DNA of 64,000 nucleotides from Chamaesiphon sp. (GTDB lineage Bacteria; Cyanobacteriota; Cyanobacteriia; Cyanobacteriales; Chamaesiphonaceae). The position numbers and the translations under genes were made by a program. The stretch lies in the NCBI GenBank assembly GCA_965246715.1, contig CBDFFH010000051.1:160001-224000 (forward strand), in the 5' to 3' direction. Position 1 is the first letter of the stretch, and the number at the start of each line of letters is the position of its first letter. This document shows positions 21,217 to 30,057 of this stretch, one piece after another. The notes under the pieces are model-generated. The model did no database searches, was not told the DNA's origin, and saw nothing but the letters and a program-made list of their open reading frames with translations.

Positions 21217-21636
21217 AAATTGGAAATATTTTCACTCAATATCTGACTGGCTCTGACGAGAACCCGAACCCTGAGTCCAAATCGTGAGCAAAGGACGTTA
21301 ATTTTTTAGCATCATCGATCGGCTATCTGAGATTTTACACGTTCGATCGCCCGATCGATCTAGGATCGAGTTTAAAAGATGCGATCGCGAAATCCGAGCG
21401 AGCTGGTTAAATTTGAGTTTGCCTCTATCACTATAGATCGAGACATCGCTATCGATATCTACCCATAGTCGTAACTCTCTCTAAGCTAATCGGAGCGTCT
21501 GCGATCGCGGACGATCGGTGATAAACCATGTCAGTCTATCATTAAATGTGAATTTAGCGTCGATCGGTAGCTAACGAGATCGCCCGTTGTCAAGATTGAG
21601 TCGCCTATTTACCCGCGTTCCAAGTCATCTCCATCA

Positions 21637-21796
21637 GAGGGTGTCTGAAAAGCTGCTAGCGGTTGAAACCGCCGCTACCGCTGCAAAGTCGGCTACACAG
21701 ACTAAGGTTTTCTGCAACCTGCGGAGGCAGGTTTTGTAAATGTAGCCGCGATTTCAATCGCTAGGCTACCAACTCTGGGACTTTTCAGACACCCTC
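21637..21796. mobile_element. MITE with 16-bp TIR and TCA target duplication (IS5/IS1031-like geometry)
   Basis: GAGGGTGTCTGAAAAG / CTTTTCAGACACCCTC flanked by TCA; REP-like cargo ACCTGCGGAGGCAGGT. Confidence 0.88.
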
Positions 21797-21983
21797 TCAG
21801 GGCTACTGCTACCATCTTGCATCTATCAGAATTAACTCACACCCGATCGGCTGGTACTGTCGATCTCACATTATTCCTAGATTCACGATCCTGAGAAATA
21901 AAAAATCTTTACCTGTAAGCCTCTCCCAGCAAGCATTTTGGTTGTATATCGACATAAATTGCAGGAAAAAGTTTTCGAACATT

Positions 21984-22120
21984 TGCGGAAAGCAATAGCA
22001 AATGTCTGTAGTCATAATCACAAGCACAAACGACACAACTCACAACAACAGTTAACCGCTTAAAAATCAGTCTAAATTAAATTTTTAAACTTTGCGGAAT
22101 TAACCAAAAATATTTGTAGT
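21984..22120 (+). promoter_or_regulatory. Tandem DIF1-like promoter pair, unit 1
   Basis: TGCGGA-N18-GTAGT (21984) and TGCGGA-N17-GTAGT (22093). Confidence 0.6.
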
Positions 22121-22176
22121 CCTAAGTGTAAGTAAAGCAAAAACAAACTACTAATTATCTCACAGGAATCAAAATC

Positions 22177-22476
22177 ATGAACTTCAAATCTTTAATCGCT
22201 GTTGGTCTCGGTATTGCTACTCTCGCCATTTCTCTCCCCGCTCATGCGGATAGCGCAACTGTGATTCAAACCGAACAAGATGCTGTTGTAACTGGAAAAA
22301 AGAACATTACTACTCAATCTAACAACACTCGCGTTGGCAACTACGAACGTGGCAATCGCGACAATTCTGGCACTTCGATCGGTACTAGCCAACGTTCTGA
22401 TGTCTTTGGTGAAAAGAACAAAACCAGTCAAACTAACTCTACTGCTGTTGGTAACTTCCGCATTCGCAACCGTTAA
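22177..22476 (+). CDS. Secreted beta-repeat protein, copy 1
   Basis: 99 aa; AGGA RBS; Sec signal ending AHA; two 37-aa repeats. Confidence 0.9.
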   Translation: MNFKSLIAVGLGIATLAISLPAHADSATVIQTEQDAVVTGKKNITTQSNNTRVGNYERGNRDNSGTSIGTSQRSDVFGEKNKTSQTNSTAVGNFRIRNR

Positions 22477-22572
22477 TACTTTCTCGCCTAGTGTGGTTGT
22501 CCACTGAGCTTGTAGGCAACCGTAGTTCAAGCAAACTCTAAAATTATTTACTTACTCATAGGAATCAAAATC

Positions 22573-22872
22573 ATGAACTTCAAATCTTTAATCGCTGTTG
22601 GTTTAGGTATTGCTACTCTCGCCATTTCTCTCCCCGCTCATGCGGATAGTGCAACTGTGATTCAAACCGAACAAGATGCTGTTGTAACTGGAAAAAAGAA
22701 CATTACTACTCAATCTAACAACACTCGCGTTGGCAACTACGAACGTGGCAATCGCGACAATTCTGGCACTTCGATCGGTACTAGCCAACGTTCTGATGTC
22801 TTTGGTGAAAAGAACAAAACTAGTCAAACTAACTCTACTGCTGTTGGTAACTTCCGCATTCGCAACCGTTAA
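22573..22872 (+). CDS. Secreted beta-repeat protein, copy 2
   Basis: Protein identical to copy 1; synonymous differences only. Confidence 0.9.
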   Translation: MNFKSLIAVGLGIATLAISLPAHADSATVIQTEQDAVVTGKKNITTQSNNTRVGNYERGNRDNSGTSIGTSQRSDVFGEKNKTSQTNSTAVGNFRIRNR

Positions 22873-22968
22873 TACTCTCTAGCCTAGTGTGGTTGTCCAC
22901 TGAGCTTGTGGGCAACCGTAGTTCAAGCAAACTCTAAAATTATTTACTTACTCATAGGAATCAAAATC

Positions 22969-23268
22969 ATGAACTTCAAATCTTTAATCGCTGTTGGTCT
23001 CGGTATTGCTACTCTCGCCATTTCTCTCCCCGCTCATGCGGATAGCGCAACTGTGATTCAAACCGAACAAGATGCTGTTGTAACTGGAAAAAAGAACATT
23101 ACTACTCAATCTAACAACACTCGCGTTGGCAACTACGAACGTGGCAATCGCGACAATTCTGGCACTTCGATCGGTACTAGCCAACGTTCTGATGTCTTTG
23201 GTGAAAAGAACAAAACCAGTCAGACTAACTCCACTGCTGTTGGTAACTTCCGCATTCGCAACAAATAG
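22969..23268 (+). CDS. Secreted beta-repeat protein, copy 3
   Basis: Start set at ATG 22969 by paralogy; differs from copy 1 only in the last residue. Confidence 0.9.
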   Translation: MNFKSLIAVGLGIATLAISLPAHADSATVIQTEQDAVVTGKKNITTQSNNTRVGNYERGNRDNSGTSIGTSQRSDVFGEKNKTSQTNSTAVGNFRIRNK

Positions 23269-23316
23269 TCACACCTGCTGCCATAATACTTATCGAACCT
23301 AAATAAAAGACTCAAG

Positions 23317-23350
23317 ACCGAGCTGCAAAATTTTGCGGCTCGGTTTTTTT
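23317..23350 (+). terminator. Rho-independent terminator after copy 3
   Basis: ACCGAGCTGCAAAA/TTTTGCGGCTCGGT followed by a T-tract. Confidence 0.8.
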
Positions 23351-23442
23351 AGTGGGAATCTACTAATTTAAGTACCAGAAAGTCTGGTGTTGATAGCACG
23401 ATCGCGAGCGGTTAGATTATTTTCTAGTTTCTAATGAAGATT

Positions 23443-23586
23443 TCCGGAAAGCAGCGAGAGCGATTTGTAGTTATTATTACGAACGCAAAAGACACAAGCT
23501 CACCCAAAGGTTGACCGATTAAAAGTTCAGATTAAAGTTGAAATTAAATCTTAGAACTTCCGGAATTAACTCAAAATATTTGTAGT
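23443..23586 (+). promoter_or_regulatory. Tandem DIF1-like promoter pair, unit 2
   Basis: TCCGGA-N18-GTAGT (23443) and TCCGGA-N17-GTAGT (23559). Confidence 0.65.
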
Positions 23587-23642
23587 CTTAAGCATAAGTA
23601 AAGCAAAAACAAACTACTAATTATCTCACAGGAATCAAAATC

Positions 23643-23942
23643 ATGAACTTCAAATCTTTAATCGCTGCTGGTTTAGGTATTGCTACTCTCGCCATTTCTC
23701 TCCCCGCTCATGCGGATAGTGCAACTGTGATTCAAACCGAACAAGATGCTGTTGTGACTGGTAAAAGAAACGTGACAACTCAAAGCAATAGCACTGGTGT
23801 CTTCAACTACGAGCGCGGCAACCGCGACAATTCTGGGACTTCGATCGGTACTAGCCAACGTTCTGATGTCTTCGGTGAAAAGAACAAAACCAGTCAGACT
23901 AACTCCACTGCTGTTGGTAACTTCCGCATTCGCAACAAATAG
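23643..23942 (+). CDS. Secreted beta-repeat protein, copy 4
   Basis: Paralogue with variant segment KRNVTTQSNSTGVFNY. Confidence 0.9.
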   Translation: MNFKSLIAAGLGIATLAISLPAHADSATVIQTEQDAVVTGKRNVTTQSNSTGVFNYERGNRDNSGTSIGTSQRSDVFGEKNKTSQTNSTAVGNFRIRNK

Positions 23943-23990
23943 TCACAGCTGCTGTCATAATACTTATCGAACCTAAATAGAAGACTCAAG

Positions 23991-24023
23991 ACAGAGCTGC
24001 AAGATTTTGCAGCTCTGTTTTTT
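23991..24023 (+). terminator. Rho-independent terminator after copy 4
   Basis: ACAGAGCTGCAA/TTGCAGCTCTGT followed by a T-tract; compensatory change relative to the 23317 copy. Confidence 0.8.
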
Positions 24024-24115
24024 GGTGAGAATTTACTAATTCGAGTGCCTGAAAGTTTGGTGGTGTAGGTCTTGTCGCGATCGAGCAGATTATTTTCGAG
24101 TTTCTAATGAAGATT

Positions 24116-24259
24116 TACGGAAAGCAGCTAGAGCGAGCTGTAGTTATTATTACGAACGCAAAAGACACAAAATCACCCGAAGGTTGACCGATTAAAAGTT
24201 CAGATTAAAGTTGAAATTAAATCTGATAGCTTCCGGAATCAACTCAAAATATTTGTAGT
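24116..24259 (+). promoter_or_regulatory. Tandem DIF1-like promoter pair, unit 3
   Basis: TACGGA-N18-GTAGT (24116) and TCCGGA-N17-GTAGT (24232). Confidence 0.65.
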
Positions 24260-24317
24260 CTTAAGCATAAGTAAATCAAAAAAACAAACTACTAATTATC
24301 TCACAGGAATCCAAATC

Positions 24318-24617
24318 ATGAACTTCAAATCTTTAATCGCTGCTGGTTTAGGTGTTGCTACTCTCGCCATCTCGCTTCCCGCTCATGCTGATAGTGCAAC
24401 GGTAATTCAAACTCAGCAAGATGCAGTCGTGACTGGAAAAAACAACACTACTACTCAATACAACAACACTCGCGTTGGTAACTACGAACGTGGCAACCGC
24501 GACAATTCTGGCACAGCAATCGGCACTAGTCAACGCGCTGATGTCTTCGGCGAGCAAAACCGCACCAGCCAAACTAACTCCACTTCCGTTGGTAACTTCC
24601 GCGTTCGCAACAAATAG
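24318..24617 (+). CDS. Secreted beta-repeat protein, copy 5
   Basis: Paralogue with the most changes in repeat 2 (RADVFGEQNRTSQ). Confidence 0.9.
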   Translation: MNFKSLIAAGLGVATLAISLPAHADSATVIQTQQDAVVTGKNNTTTQYNNTRVGNYERGNRDNSGTAIGTSQRADVFGEQNRTSQTNSTSVGNFRVRNK

Positions 24618-24712
24618 TCACTCGCCGATTGTGGTTGTCCGGCAAGCTGCCAGACAACCGTAGTTCTCACAAACTCTAACTTATTACTCACTTACTTACA
24701 GGAATCCAAATC

Positions 24713-25012
24713 ATGAACTTCAAATCTTTAATCGCTGTTGGTTTAGGTGTTGCTACTTTGGCGATTTCGCTCCCCGCTCATGCTGATAGTGCCACTGTAA
24801 TTCAAACCGAGCAAGGTGCGGTGGTAACTGGGAAAAGAAACATCACCACTCAAAACAATACCACTGGTGTCATCAACTACGAACGTGGCAACCGCGATAA
24901 TTCTGGCACGGCAATCGGTACTAGCCAACGTTCTGATGTCTTTGGCGAAAAGAACAAAACTAGCCAAACTAACTCTACTGCTGTTGGTAACTTCCGCGTT
25001 CGCAACAAATAG
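24713..25012 (+). CDS. Secreted beta-repeat protein, copy 6
   Basis: Paralogue with variant KRNITTQNNTTGVINY. Confidence 0.9.
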   Translation: MNFKSLIAVGLGVATLAISLPAHADSATVIQTEQGAVVTGKRNITTQNNTTGVINYERGNRDNSGTAIGTSQRSDVFGEKNKTSQTNSTAVGNFRVRNK

Positions 25013-25107
25013 TCACTCGAATAGTGTGGTTGTCCAGCAAGCTGCCAGACAACCGTAGTTCTCACAAACTCTAACTTATTACTCACTCACTTACAGGAAT
25101 CCAAATC

Positions 25108-25407
25108 ATGAACTTCAAATCTTTAATCGCTGTTGGTTTAGGTGTTGCTACTTTGGCGATTTCGCTCCCCGCTCATGCTGATAGTGCCACTGTAATTCAA
25201 ACCGAGCAAGGTGCTGTAGTGACTGGGAAAAGAAACGTCACCACTCAAAATAATACCACTGGTGTTATTAACTACGAACGTGGCAACCGTGATAATTCTG
25301 GCACGGCAATCGGTACTAGCCAACGTTCTGATGTCTTCGGCGAAAAGAACAAAACTGGCCAAACTAACTCTACTGCTGTTGGTAACTTCCGCATTCGCAA
25401 CAAATAG
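25108..25407 (+). CDS. Secreted beta-repeat protein, copy 7
   Basis: Nearly identical to copy 6. Confidence 0.9.
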   Translation: MNFKSLIAVGLGVATLAISLPAHADSATVIQTEQGAVVTGKRNVTTQNNTTGVINYERGNRDNSGTAIGTSQRSDVFGEKNKTGQTNSTAVGNFRIRNK

Positions 25408-25472
25408 TCACTCGACTAGTGTGGTTGTCTGACACTCCATCGACAAGCATCGAATCTTGCAGGAACTAAAGT

Positions 25473-25509
25473 GCAAAAATAGAGACGCTATATACGTCTC
25501 TATTTTTGT
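25473..25509 (+). terminator. Probable terminator after the array
   Basis: CAAAAATAGAGACG/CGTCTCTATTTTTG hairpin. Confidence 0.65.
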
Positions 25510-25616
25510 GCGATCGAGATGAAAACTTGCTAAATCGTTATATAGTAGGTAACTTACCTGAGTTAGTGTAGCTCTGCCTTGTAAGCCCCAAATTATTGTG
25601 AAGATTATCCACATCT

Positions 25617-27221
25617 ATGAATAGATGGCAGCATAGCTTAATTTCGATCGCCTTGCTCGGCATCGCGAGTTGCGCTCAAAATAGCAATCCTGGCGATATC
25701 GCGACGAGTCAGGATGCGGGGAGAATTACTGTCGGCACGACACAAAAACCACGTACGCTCGATCCATCAGATGCGTATGAGTTGAGGTCGATCGCGTTGA
25801 TTCGTAATTTGAGCGATCGACTATATACTTACGATCCGGGCAGTACGGAACTCAAGCCGCAATTGGCGACAGCTTTACCAACAGTCAGTCCGGATGGTTT
25901 GACTTATATCATTCGATTGCGTCAGGGCGTATTATTTCACGATGGTACGGCTTTTGATGCCAAAGCGATGAAATTTTCGCTCGATCGCTTTATCCAAAAT
26001 AAGGGTAAGCCAGCATTTCTCCTCGCCGAACGGGTGGCAGAAATTACGGCAACAGGTGCCTACGAATTGACTATTAAACTTAAAAAGCCGTTTGCTGCAT
26101 TTCCTTCGATGTTAGCTTTCCCTGGCACTTGTGCGGTATCTCCCAAGGCATATAAGATCGGTGCAAATCTATTTGAGGCAAATACTTTTGTCGGGACTGG
26201 CCCGTATAAACTTGGAGAATATGGTACCGATCGCGTGAAATTTGAAGTGTTCGATCGCTATTGGGGCGCAAAACCGAGCAATCGCGGCATCAATCTTCAG
26301 ATTTTTTCCAACAACGCCGCCAATCTCTATAACTCCTTCCGCACTGGGGCTGTGGATGTAGCTTTTCAAGCCTTAGAACCAGATCAAGTCAAAAGTTTGG
26401 ATGAAGGAGCCAAGGCAGGTAAATGGCAATCGATCGCGATCGATGGTAGCGTTACTAGTTACCTGATTCTGAATGTCCTCCAGAAGCCACTAGATAACCC
26501 CCTGGTAAGACAAGCACTCGCCGCGCTAGTCGATCGACCGACCATTAACGAACGTGTCCTGTACGGGCAAGGCAAGCCCTTGTACAGCATCGTTCCCGAT
26601 ACCTTTAGCGTCTCTCAACCAGTTTTTAAAACCGCTTATGGGGATGGCAATATTGTCAAAGCCAAACAACTGTTAACTCAAGCCGGATTTTCGCCGCAAA
26701 ACCCTGCCAAAATTCAAATCTGGTATCCCTCTGGTTCTACTAGTCGGCGACTGACTGCGGGCTTTCTGCGCGCCTATGCCAAGCAAAAATTGGGTGGGAT
26801 GCTAGAGTTAGAGCCAAACACGATCGAGTCAGCATCGTTCTTTAAATACGCTAGCAAAAATATTTATCCCGCGACGCTCCAAGATTGGTATCCCGACTTT
26901 CTCGATCCCGATAATTTCGTCCAACCCTTCCTAGAATGTCCGAAAGGAACTGTCGCACAAGGCTGTAAAGAGGGCGGCAGTCAATCACAAGGTTCGTTTT
27001 ATTATAGCGAGCGCATGAATCAAGCGATCGCCGCCCAAGGTAGCGAACTCAATCCTGTCAAACGCCAACAAATTTATGCTGATATTCAAGCGCAAATCCA
27101 ACAAGATGTCCCGCTAATTCCGCTGTGGCAAACCAAAGATTTTGTCTTCGCCAAAAAAGGCATGAGTGGGATCGCGATCGATCCGTTGCAAAATCTGTTG
27201 TATTCGCAGATGAAAAAGTAG
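25617..27221 (+). CDS. Peptide ABC transporter substrate-binding lipoprotein (family 5)
   Basis: Lipobox IASC; LRQGVLFHDGT, GTGPY, QDVPLIPLW. Confidence 0.9.
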   Translation: MNRWQHSLISIALLGIASCAQNSNPGDIATSQDAGRITVGTTQKPRTLDPSDAYELRSIALIRNLSDRLYTYDPGSTELKPQLATALPTVSPDGLTYIIRLRQGVLFHDGTAFDAKAMKFSLDRFIQNKGKPAFLLAERVAEITATGAYELTIKLKKPFAAFPSMLAFPGTCAVSPKAYKIGANLFEANTFVGTGPYKLGEYGTDRVKFEVFDRYWGAKPSNRGINLQIFSNNAANLYNSFRTGAVDVAFQALEPDQVKSLDEGAKAGKWQSIAIDGSVTSYLILNVLQKPLDNPLVRQALAALVDRPTINERVLYGQGKPLYSIVPDTFSVSQPVFKTAYGDGNIVKAKQLLTQAGFSPQNPAKIQIWYPSGSTSRRLTAGFLRAYAKQKLGGMLELEPNTIESASFFKYASKNIYPATLQDWYPDFLDPDNFVQPFLECPKGTVAQGCKEGGSQSQGSFYYSERMNQAIAAQGSELNPVKRQQIYADIQAQIQQDVPLIPLWQTKDFVFAKKGMSGIAIDPLQNLLYSQMKK

Positions 27222-27225
27222 GGAA

Positions 27226-27276
27226 TAGTGAACAGTGAGCAGTCAACAGTCAACAGTGAGCAGTCAACAGTGAACA
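27226..27276 (+). repeat. Heptamer short tandem repeat (ACAGTGA/ACAGTCA)
   Basis: About seven tandem units; inverted partial copy near 27333-27348. Confidence 0.85.
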
Positions 27277-27361
27277 TTATTTCAGCAGATTAATAATGGA
27301 TATTAGTTAAAAATTTCCTAATCCCTAAAGCCTATTCACTGTTCACTATCCCCCTAACATC

Positions 27362-28387
27362 ATGTCTCGATCGAAAACCCTACAATACTATCTTGCTGCT
27401 CGATTGCTCCTGGCACCTTTGATGTTATGGACGATAGTTACGCTGGTATTCTTTCTGCTCAAAGCTACTCCTGGCGATCCGGCAGATGCTTTTTTAGGCA
27501 ACCGTGCTTCCGATGAAGTTAAGGCAGATTTACGCAAGCAATTAGGTTTAGACCAACCAATTTACGTTCAATATTTTGGGTATATTTGGAAGATCTTACA
27601 AGGAGACTTTGGCAAGTCGATTACGAGTTCTGGTAAAGCAGTAGTCACAGTCATTCAAGAGAACTTTCCGGCTACTTTGGAACTCGCGATCGGGAGTATG
27701 CTGGTAGCTTTTATCGTCGGCGTAACAGTTGGAACTTTATCAGCATCGCGTCCTGGTACAGTTGCTGATGCTGGCGGCAGATTATTTGGGATTATTAGTT
27801 ATTCATTACCGATTTTTTGGGTAGGAATGTTACTGCAATTAGTATTTGCCGTGCAACTAAATTTATTCCCCCTGGGTGGTAGATTTGCAGCTAATCTAAC
27901 TCCGCCAATTAAGATTACTGGACTATACACGATCGATAGTTTATTACACTTCGACTTAGCTAGCTTTTTTGTGTCCCTCCATCATTTAGCTTTACCATGT
28001 TTGACATTGGGCGTACTCCTGAGTGGAATTTTTGAACGCATCGTGCGAGTAAATCTCAAACAAAGTATGAAAGCTGAATATGTCGAAGCCGCTAGAGCCA
28101 GAGGTATTCCTGAAAATAAGATTTTAATAACTCACGCACTCAAGAATGCGATGATTCCCGTAATTACGGTGTTAGGATTGACAACAGCTTCGCTCTTAGG
28201 CGGTGCAGTCTTAACCGAAGTAACCTTTTCTTGGCCGGGATTGGCTAGTCAATTATATGAGGCGATTTCCAATCGTGACTATCCGACCGTCCAAGGCATC
28301 ATGGTATTTTTTGCGGCAATTGTTGTAATTGCGAGTATCTTAATCGATATTATCAATGCCTGGATCGACCCGCGCATTAAGTATTAA
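27362..28387 (+). CDS. Peptide ABC transporter permease (DppB/OppB-type)
   Basis: PGDPA, EYVEAARARG, HALKNA, IDPRI. Confidence 0.92.
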   Translation: MSRSKTLQYYLAARLLLAPLMLWTIVTLVFFLLKATPGDPADAFLGNRASDEVKADLRKQLGLDQPIYVQYFGYIWKILQGDFGKSITSSGKAVVTVIQENFPATLELAIGSMLVAFIVGVTVGTLSASRPGTVADAGGRLFGIISYSLPIFWVGMLLQLVFAVQLNLFPLGGRFAANLTPPIKITGLYTIDSLLHFDLASFFVSLHHLALPCLTLGVLLSGIFERIVRVNLKQSMKAEYVEAARARGIPENKILITHALKNAMIPVITVLGLTTASLLGGAVLTEVTFSWPGLASQLYEAISNRDYPTVQGIMVFFAAIVVIASILIDIINAWIDPRIKY

Positions 28388-28713
28388 TTAGGTAGATTGC
28401 TTGATTGATAATCTCGACAATCAGCCGCTCGGTCGGTGAGGACATTATTCGGATTAACGGCACACTTGATATAATAATTGCTGTTAAAGTATTGACAATT
28501 GCGACAGGGTAGCTTGTCCGTAGCGCTGGACTTAAGTGGCGGTCGAATTACTTTGGAGAGATAATTACATGTGACGGTCACGAAACAAACCGTCGAACAC
28601 ACCATTAATACTGACATCAGATCGAACATATTGCTAGATTTTGCAATATGTTCGATTTGCAGGGGTGATGGAGGTTGTAGAGAGATAGCGACCGTTTTTG
28701 GATTGATTTGCAT
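28384..28713 (-). CDS. Hypothetical membrane protein with C-terminal Cys cluster
   Basis: TM segment, then PCRNCQYF...CAVNP...DCRDY. Confidence 0.75.
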   Translation of the reverse strand: MQINPKTVAISLQPPSPLQIEHIAKSSNMFDLMSVLMVCSTVCFVTVTCNYLSKVIRPPLKSSATDKLPCRNCQYFNSNYYIKCAVNPNNVLTDRAADCRDYQSSNLPN

Positions 28714-28757
28714 TGGTAAACCCCCTATTAAAATTTAGTTATAATCTCGATCGAGTG

Positions 28758-29843
28758 TCAGGCATGTCGATTGGTCGCAATAATGTGTAAATCTATTTCT
28801 TTAGCGCGAACGAGTCGTAGCACTTGCTCTGTAAAAGAACCACCAATCAGCGTTTTCCACCATGATTTTTGACTTTCACCGATGAGAATTTGGGTAATGT
28901 GTTCGCGTTCGGCTATTTCAGCGATCGATAGCGGGATTTGCGAACTAATTATCCGAATAAATTTCCCACCAAATTCTTGACATAATCGCTCACATGTTTC
29001 TATATGTAAACTTTCATCCTTCGTCAAAAAACGATTGGGGTTGGCAACAAATAGGGCATATAAAGGAGCATTCATAAAATTTGCCAGCCGTGCGCCCCGT
29101 CGCAATAGTTGGAGCGAGTTAGGATAAGTCGAAACACACACCATGACTCGCTCGCCGATCGGACAATATTGCCCACTTAATGTCGTATGGTCGGTATTAT
29201 CTTCTTCGATTGTATTAGCTACTTCTCTAAGTGCTAATTCTCGGAGCAAAATCAAATTACGCTTCTGAAAGAAGTTTTGGAGAGATTGTTTGATTTTTTC
29301 AGGTGCATAAATCTTCCCGTCGATCAAGCGTTCTTCTAATGTTTGAGGAGTAACATCGACTAAAATCACTTCATCAGCTTCTTCTAACAATCGATCGGGG
29401 ATTCGCTCTCTGACCACAACACCAGTAATCTTGGCGACGAGATCGTTTAAACTTTCTAGATGCTGAATATTTACTGTGGAATAAACATCGATGCCCGCAC
29501 CTAAAATAACTTCGACATCTTGATAGCGCTTCTCGCGCTCGGAGCCAGGAATATTTGTATGGGCTAATTCATCGACTAATACCAATTGGGGTTGGCGGTG
29601 AATGATGCCATCCGTATTCATTTCTTTGTAGTTAGCATTCACCAACTCGCTACCGATTCTTGGCAAGATTTCTAAACCATTAGCTTGATCCGCTGTGTCT
29701 TTTCGCCCATGAGTTTCGAGGATCCCGATAATCACATCGATCCCCGCTCGTTTGAGAGATTGAGCTTCCTGGAGCATTTTATAGGTCTTACCAACCCCAG
29801 GTGCCATCCCGATAAATATTTTATGTCTACCTTTATGGCGCAC
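28758..29843 (-). CDS. kdpD: Stand-alone N-terminal KdpD sensor (KdpD and USP domains, no kinase)
   Basis: GMAPGVGKTY, VDELAHTN, NIQHLESLND, LRELALR; ends after the USP domain. Confidence 0.9.
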   Translation of the reverse strand: MRHKGRHKIFIGMAPGVGKTYKMLQEAQSLKRAGIDVIIGILETHGRKDTADQANGLEILPRIGSELVNANYKEMNTDGIIHRQPQLVLVDELAHTNIPGSEREKRYQDVEVILGAGIDVYSTVNIQHLESLNDLVAKITGVVVRERIPDRLLEEADEVILVDVTPQTLEERLIDGKIYAPEKIKQSLQNFFQKRNLILLRELALREVANTIEEDNTDHTTLSGQYCPIGERVMVCVSTYPNSLQLLRRGARLANFMNAPLYALFVANPNRFLTKDESLHIETCERLCQEFGGKFIRIISSQIPLSIAEIAEREHITQILIGESQKSWWKTLIGGSFTEQVLRLVRAKEIDLHIIATNRHA

Positions 29844-30057
29844 AACGTTAAATTATGAATTATGAATGTGGTATCTCTCACTACCTAGATTGAAGCCAAG
29901 CCCATCTGCACGTAGCTTAGTGAAATTATATAAATGTCGATCGATACCTGACATCTATATTTAGAGCGATTTCGATTCTGCTGATGGAGAGACTTTTGCC
30001 GTAGCGAAGCCTTTGCCCGTAGAGAGGCTTCGCTACCGCGAATGCTAACAAATCGAT

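Noticed and set aside
22906..22968. N-terminal extension of copy 3 (120-aa ORF)
   Set aside because: The region is the conserved intergenic spacer; the RBS and the paralogues place the start at 22969.
24638..24664. Extra DIF1-like promoter in the short spacer (TCCGGC-N16-GTAGT)
   Set aside because: The spacing is short, the -35 box is not kept in the other three spacers, and it overlaps the hairpin.
22192..25362. Recurrent antisense ORFs over the array
   Set aside because: They are shadows of the duplicated sense genes, with inconsistent starts and lengths.
22177..25407. CRISPR array or RiPP precursor cluster
   Set aside because: Repeat units are whole 300-nt genes with no unique spacers. 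They have Sec signals rather than double-Gly or RiPP leaders, and no cas or modification genes are nearby.
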